The position numbers and the translations under genes were made by a program. The notes under the pieces were generated by a model. It was not told the origin of the DNA, ran no database searches, and was given only the letters and a program-made list of their open reading frames with translations. A stretch of 64,000 nucleotides of DNA, taken from the human T2T-CHM13v2.0 reference genome, Homo sapiens. Numbering within the stretch: position 1 is the first letter of the stretch; each line of letters starts with the position of its first letter. The DNA lies in assembly GCF_009914755.1 (NCBI RefSeq), contig NC_060929.1; one strand, written 5' to 3'. Below, one piece after another: positions 58,391 through 64,000 of this stretch.

Positions 58391-59550
58391 TATGATTATA
58401 TCTGGAACCTGAGGTGAGAAGACAGAAGAACCCCCAGTACTAACAAGAACCCTTTCTATTTGCTTCAGGAAGAAGGAGAGAGCTTCAAAGAGGAGGAGAG
58501 GGCTATGATTGAGGTGTTCTGAGAAAATGTCAACCCACTCAAATGCAGAGTGGTCAGACTCAAAGCCACCCCAAAATAAGCCAGTGCTTGGAAGTGTGTC
58601 CCATCTTCCCCTCACCATAAAGGTTATAATATTGGTTTTATTTCAGATAAAACAGAATTTCATCTTCCAAACTCACAAAGTCTCTGTTGGTTATTCTGAA
58701 ACATATTACCACTAAATCTGTCTGTGTTGAAGTACCCTGTGGTTTCTCTACCATTCCTCCTGGATTGTGTCCACCTTAACCAGTGCAGTGTTATCCTGGA
58801 ACAGAGGAAACCACAGACCTCCAGGGCACACATTAGAGAATACTATTTGCAGGTTTAAAAAGATAACTGAATGACAAAATTAAAACCAGTTTGGTTGAAT
58901 GTTTCTCATCCTGTTTTAACCACAAGGAGCAGAAAGATCTGAAATTCTACAGAGATTAGAATTTTATCAGAAGAACTTCAACATGATAATAAAATTCACC
59001 ATAAACTTAACTGAATAAGAGCAATAATAATTTTTAAAAAGCTTAAAAATGTAGTTGAATTACCTGTTCAATATTGTATGAAATGTGTTCACAGTAAACC
59101 TTTTGCAAATGTCACAGGAATGTGTGGAAGCCAAATGAATTCCCAAAACAAAAAAAAAAATTCAAAAAACATGTTAGAAAATTAGTCTTTTAATTTTAAT
59201 TTCATATTTGGGATTTTTATTTTATGTGTCTTACCCTAGGGATGTTATCCTAAGACAAGGAAGTATGTTAGCATTGGTTTTTTGTTTGTTTGTTTTGTTT
59301 TTTACATTTCTCCCTTGCTATATGAGTTAGCATTCTTATTCATTGTCTGTGACAATGCTGCACGTTCTGGAGAGCAAAGAGAAAAGCAACTCCCAGCAAA
59401 TTTTTTTCTCATTTTATGACAAATCAGTTTTTCTCATGGTCGAAGTCATTGGCAAGGTGAAAGTTTAACCCTAGACCTCTCCATTCTCAGTAGGTAATTG
59501 AGGCAAATGCAGATCTCTCTAGAATTTTTAATGATATAATACAAAATGCA

Positions 59551-60480
59551 AGGCTTGATGAAATTTGAATTCCAAGGGAAATAATGAAACACCAAATCTT
59601 ACTATTAGAAGTCCTGGGTTTGTAGAAAGAAACATTTATTCATTTATTCCCCAAAATCACTACCACCACCATCAAAGCCATAGGTGAATACTAAATGGTG
59701 TAACAATACACATGCCCTCAGCACTCTGTATCCTCTGAGGCCACACAGTAATGCATCTGCTGCATCTAAAAATGGGGCTACCACAGAACAAGGTCATTAA
59801 AAAGTGTGAGGAGATGAGTGGTTTGCTGCTGTTTTTAGCACAAGTTCAATCAGCTATGATGTCCTTATCAAGCTGTCACTACCAAGTTCCTTGATAAGAT
59901 CTGACGTGTGAGGTACATAAACCTGTTCTGTTGTAGCACTGTGGCCTGTATGGAAAAGGTTAGATACATGCAAAATAATGCCCAAACATGCTGTTTAATC
60001 TTGGTGATAACAAGAAAGAAAATGGAGGTGTGAAGTGAGTTACCATTGAGGGTTGTATCAGTATAAGCAATTTGTCTGTAATGGGTGTAGAGAAGTTAAG
60101 AGAGGTTACATTCTTTAACACTGTCATTCTCACACACACACACACAAAAGCAGGTCTAGGTTCTCTATGGCTTTGTCTCTGTTCCAATAACTCTGAACAG
60201 TTTATCAGGTGGTATCATTTCTGCTTACTAGAAAGCAGGAAGTTTAACTGTCCCAAGTATATTTTATCTCCTTTCTTCTTTTAGCTTTTACTGAAGACAA
60301 GTGAAACAGGAACCATACTGTAGAGAAATCCTTTCTAATAAAGCCTTGATGAAATTTGAATTCTGAGAGAAATAATGAAACACCAAATCTTACTAGGATG
60401 GGCTTTAGAAGTCCTGTGTTTGTAGAAATAAACATTTACTCATTCCCTAAAATCACTACCACCACTACCAAAGCCGTAGG
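59551..60480 (+). repeat. Dispersed direct repeat, two ~135-nt copies (59551-59684 and 60342-60480)
   Basis: Both copies read cttgatgaaatttgaattc..gaaataatgaaacaccaaatcttacta..ttagaagtcctg.gtttgtagaaa.aaacattta..aaaatcactaccaccac..caaagcc.tagg. Confidence 0.93.
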
Positions 60481-61470
60481 GGATGATCTTTGTCACAGGT
60501 GCTAAGAGTTTCATTATTCCCTGTGGAAATCCCTGTGAAAGTTGTTTTCATTGGTAGGCTGGTAAACCAGCTTTCCTTAATAAAAGAAAGAAGAGCCCTC
60601 ATTTGCAGCATTTACTGATTTCCACAACATAAGTCCTCTCACCGTGGCTGATTTCAAGCCACCAAAAGTAGCTCCAGTAAACTGGTTATTTTTCCCATTC
60701 TGTTTTATTCTAGCTAAAAGCTTATACAGTGACTCTTGCATTGGCCCTAAAGAACTTACACAAAGGTTTGAACCCTTTGCCAGGATCACAGTCTTCATGC
60801 ATATTTCTATTTTATGTAATTACTTCACACCGTCCTCTAAGTTCTAGCAATACCTGTACCCCACATTTTTATGGCAGTTTATATCTTTAGATTCTCTCTT
60901 GATGGAGTTTTCCAAAACCACTTGCCTCACATTTATTTTTCCCCTGCTTCTTGTGTTTTTTGCCCCAATTAGTCATATGTCCAATTCAAGATGCAACCAA
61001 ATCTTACAGGGGGGAAAAACAGCGTTGGGTGGGGAAAGGAAAGAAATGTAATTATAGTTCTTTGAATTATTCCAGGTAAGTAATAATGTATAAATTCATT
61101 ATTTAATTTATTTTAAACTGTATTTTGGGTTGGGGGTGAGAAATCCTACCTGAAAAGGAAAGATGACTGGCTTCTAAATGAAATGCAGACAGGAGTCTGG
61201 TCCCTCTCTTTTCCACATCTGCTGGGAATTATTTCCTTAAGATTAGATCATGGTGCTAATTCATGTTAAACATCTTCTGGAGGCTTTCTTCACAGCACCA
61301 GTCAGAAAGAAGCTGTTCTTGGTCTTTTAGGAAATTATTATTTTCTCATTCTCATGATGCCAAAAATGATAGTCATTGCTAAAGTTATGGCACTTTTTAA
61401 AAGTAATCAGGATAATTTTAAAAGCAGGACACTCAAGTGACTTTCCTATTTATTTTCTGAATTTACTCTA

Positions 61471-62582
<1,112 letters not shown>

Positions 62583-62814
62583 TTAATTTGCAATTTTAAG
62601 GAAATATTTTATTTAGAATAAGAGGAATATGACCATTTTATTTCTATTACAAAACTTTGTAACAATACTATATTATTGGCGTAAGTGAATAGACTAATTA
62701 AGAATGGGATACTATTTCCCAAGGAACAAAAGAATTCAACAAGTGATTTTTAAATTAATCTGGAAAAGTTATACATGATATTATGTGAGGACTAGATCCA
62801 TTTCAGAGTGAAAT

Positions 62815-63890
62815 TCCATAATGTCCATCAAACCTACCATGTCCAAAATGTAACTGTCATCTACACTTCCCAGCCCTGCCTCCACCAAACCTGCTTCCTC
62901 TGTAATTTTCCCATCTCCATTATGGGCAACGTGATAATTGCATTGCCCATAATGCAATTTCCAGTTACTCAGGCCAAATAGCTTGGATTCCAGTCTTTAT
63001 CTCACACATTCAGTCTGTTATGATATTCTGTTGACTCCACCTTCAAAATATTTCCAGAATTTTACCATTATTTGCTACTTCCCACTGCTACCACCCTAGT
63101 CAAAGGGACCATCAACTGTCATGTGGACTGCTATAATAAACTTTCACCCTTTTTTTCCTATAATTTATTATTAACATAGAAGCCAGTTACACTTTATAAA
63201 ACAAGTCATGTTGTTATACTTATCTGTTCAAAACCCTTCAATGATTCCCCATTTAATTCACAGTAAAAGCCTAGGTCCTTACAAAGGCCTAAGGCTCTTT
63301 GCAGTTACCACCTCTTCCTCTCAGTCTCTCTGACTTTCTCTCTTACTACCTTCTCCATCACTTATTCTGCACCAGCCACACTATCCTTCCTGCTGTTCAT
63401 CAAGTAAGCTAGGTGTGTTCCATCTCAGGGCCTCTGCAATGGCTGTTCCCTCCACCCAGAATACTGCCCCTAGGATGTCCACATGGCCAACTCCCTCAGT
63501 TCCTTCAAGTCTTTACTCAAATGGCACCTTCTCAATGAGGCCTACAATAATCACTCTACTTTAAAATTCCAGCCACCCCTCCCACACGCTCAGTCTCTCA
63601 ATCTCCCTGTTTAGTTGTATTCAATAGGGCTATTAACTCCCACGTACTTTGCCTTATTTGCTTAATTCTTACAAACAACCCCATGAAGTAGGGACTCTTG
63701 CTATCAATTGTATAGATGAGGAAACTGAGCCTTAAAGAGGTTAATTTATTCTTTATCATCCCTCTCCTGCCCTAGAATGACCTCCATGAAGGAAAGGATT
63801 TCTGTCAGTTTTGTTCACTGTTGTTCCAGTGCCCAGAACCCTGCCTAGCAAATAGTAGACACTTAATAAATATTTGTTGGATTAATGACT
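62815..63890 (+). mobile_element. L2a 3' portion with an internal MIR piece (about 63665-63750, -)
   Basis: atgtccaaaa..caaacctgcttcctc..caccttcaaaatat..cagggcctctgca..ttaataaatatttgttgga. Confidence 0.82.
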
Positions 63891-64000
63891 AAACCCCTCA
63901 GGATCCAATGTAGGGTTATTACATATATTATAGTTTAATGTCACCATCATTTCATAATGATAGGACACGTTTACACTAAAAATGAAGGAAGGATACAACC

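Overview
This is human genomic DNA (a human-specific AluYa5 is present) containing the 3' end of the spliceosomal cyclophilin gene CWC27 (SDCCAG10) on the + strand. The last three coding exons lie at 9843-9952, 15275-15378 and 56282-56444; I recall these as exons 12-14. Spliced together they encode ...EEEAPPDGAVAEYRREKQKYEALRKQQSKKGTSREDQ|TLALLNQFKSKLTQAIAETPENDIPETEVEDDEGW|MSHVLQFEDKSRKVKDASMQDSDTFEIYDPRNPVNKRRREESKKLMREKKERR*. A short 3' UTR with AATAAA follows, then about 7 kb of downstream DNA. The rest is intronic or intergenic sequence dominated by transposon relics (about 20 Alu-family elements, a near-full-length old L1, L2, MIR, MaLR LTRs, hAT/mariner elements) and microsatellites. 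Essentially all other ORF-track entries are spurious. I see no new gene system. The best leads are RNA-processing signals that would truncate the CWC27 C-terminus: a TDP-43-type cryptic exon next to (UG)20, an NMD-escaping exon-skip frame, an in-frame stop plus AATAAA after the penultimate exon, and a strong orphan acceptor. There are also several local duplication and nested-insertion events. Repeat subfamily names and boundaries come from remembered consensus motifs and are approximate.
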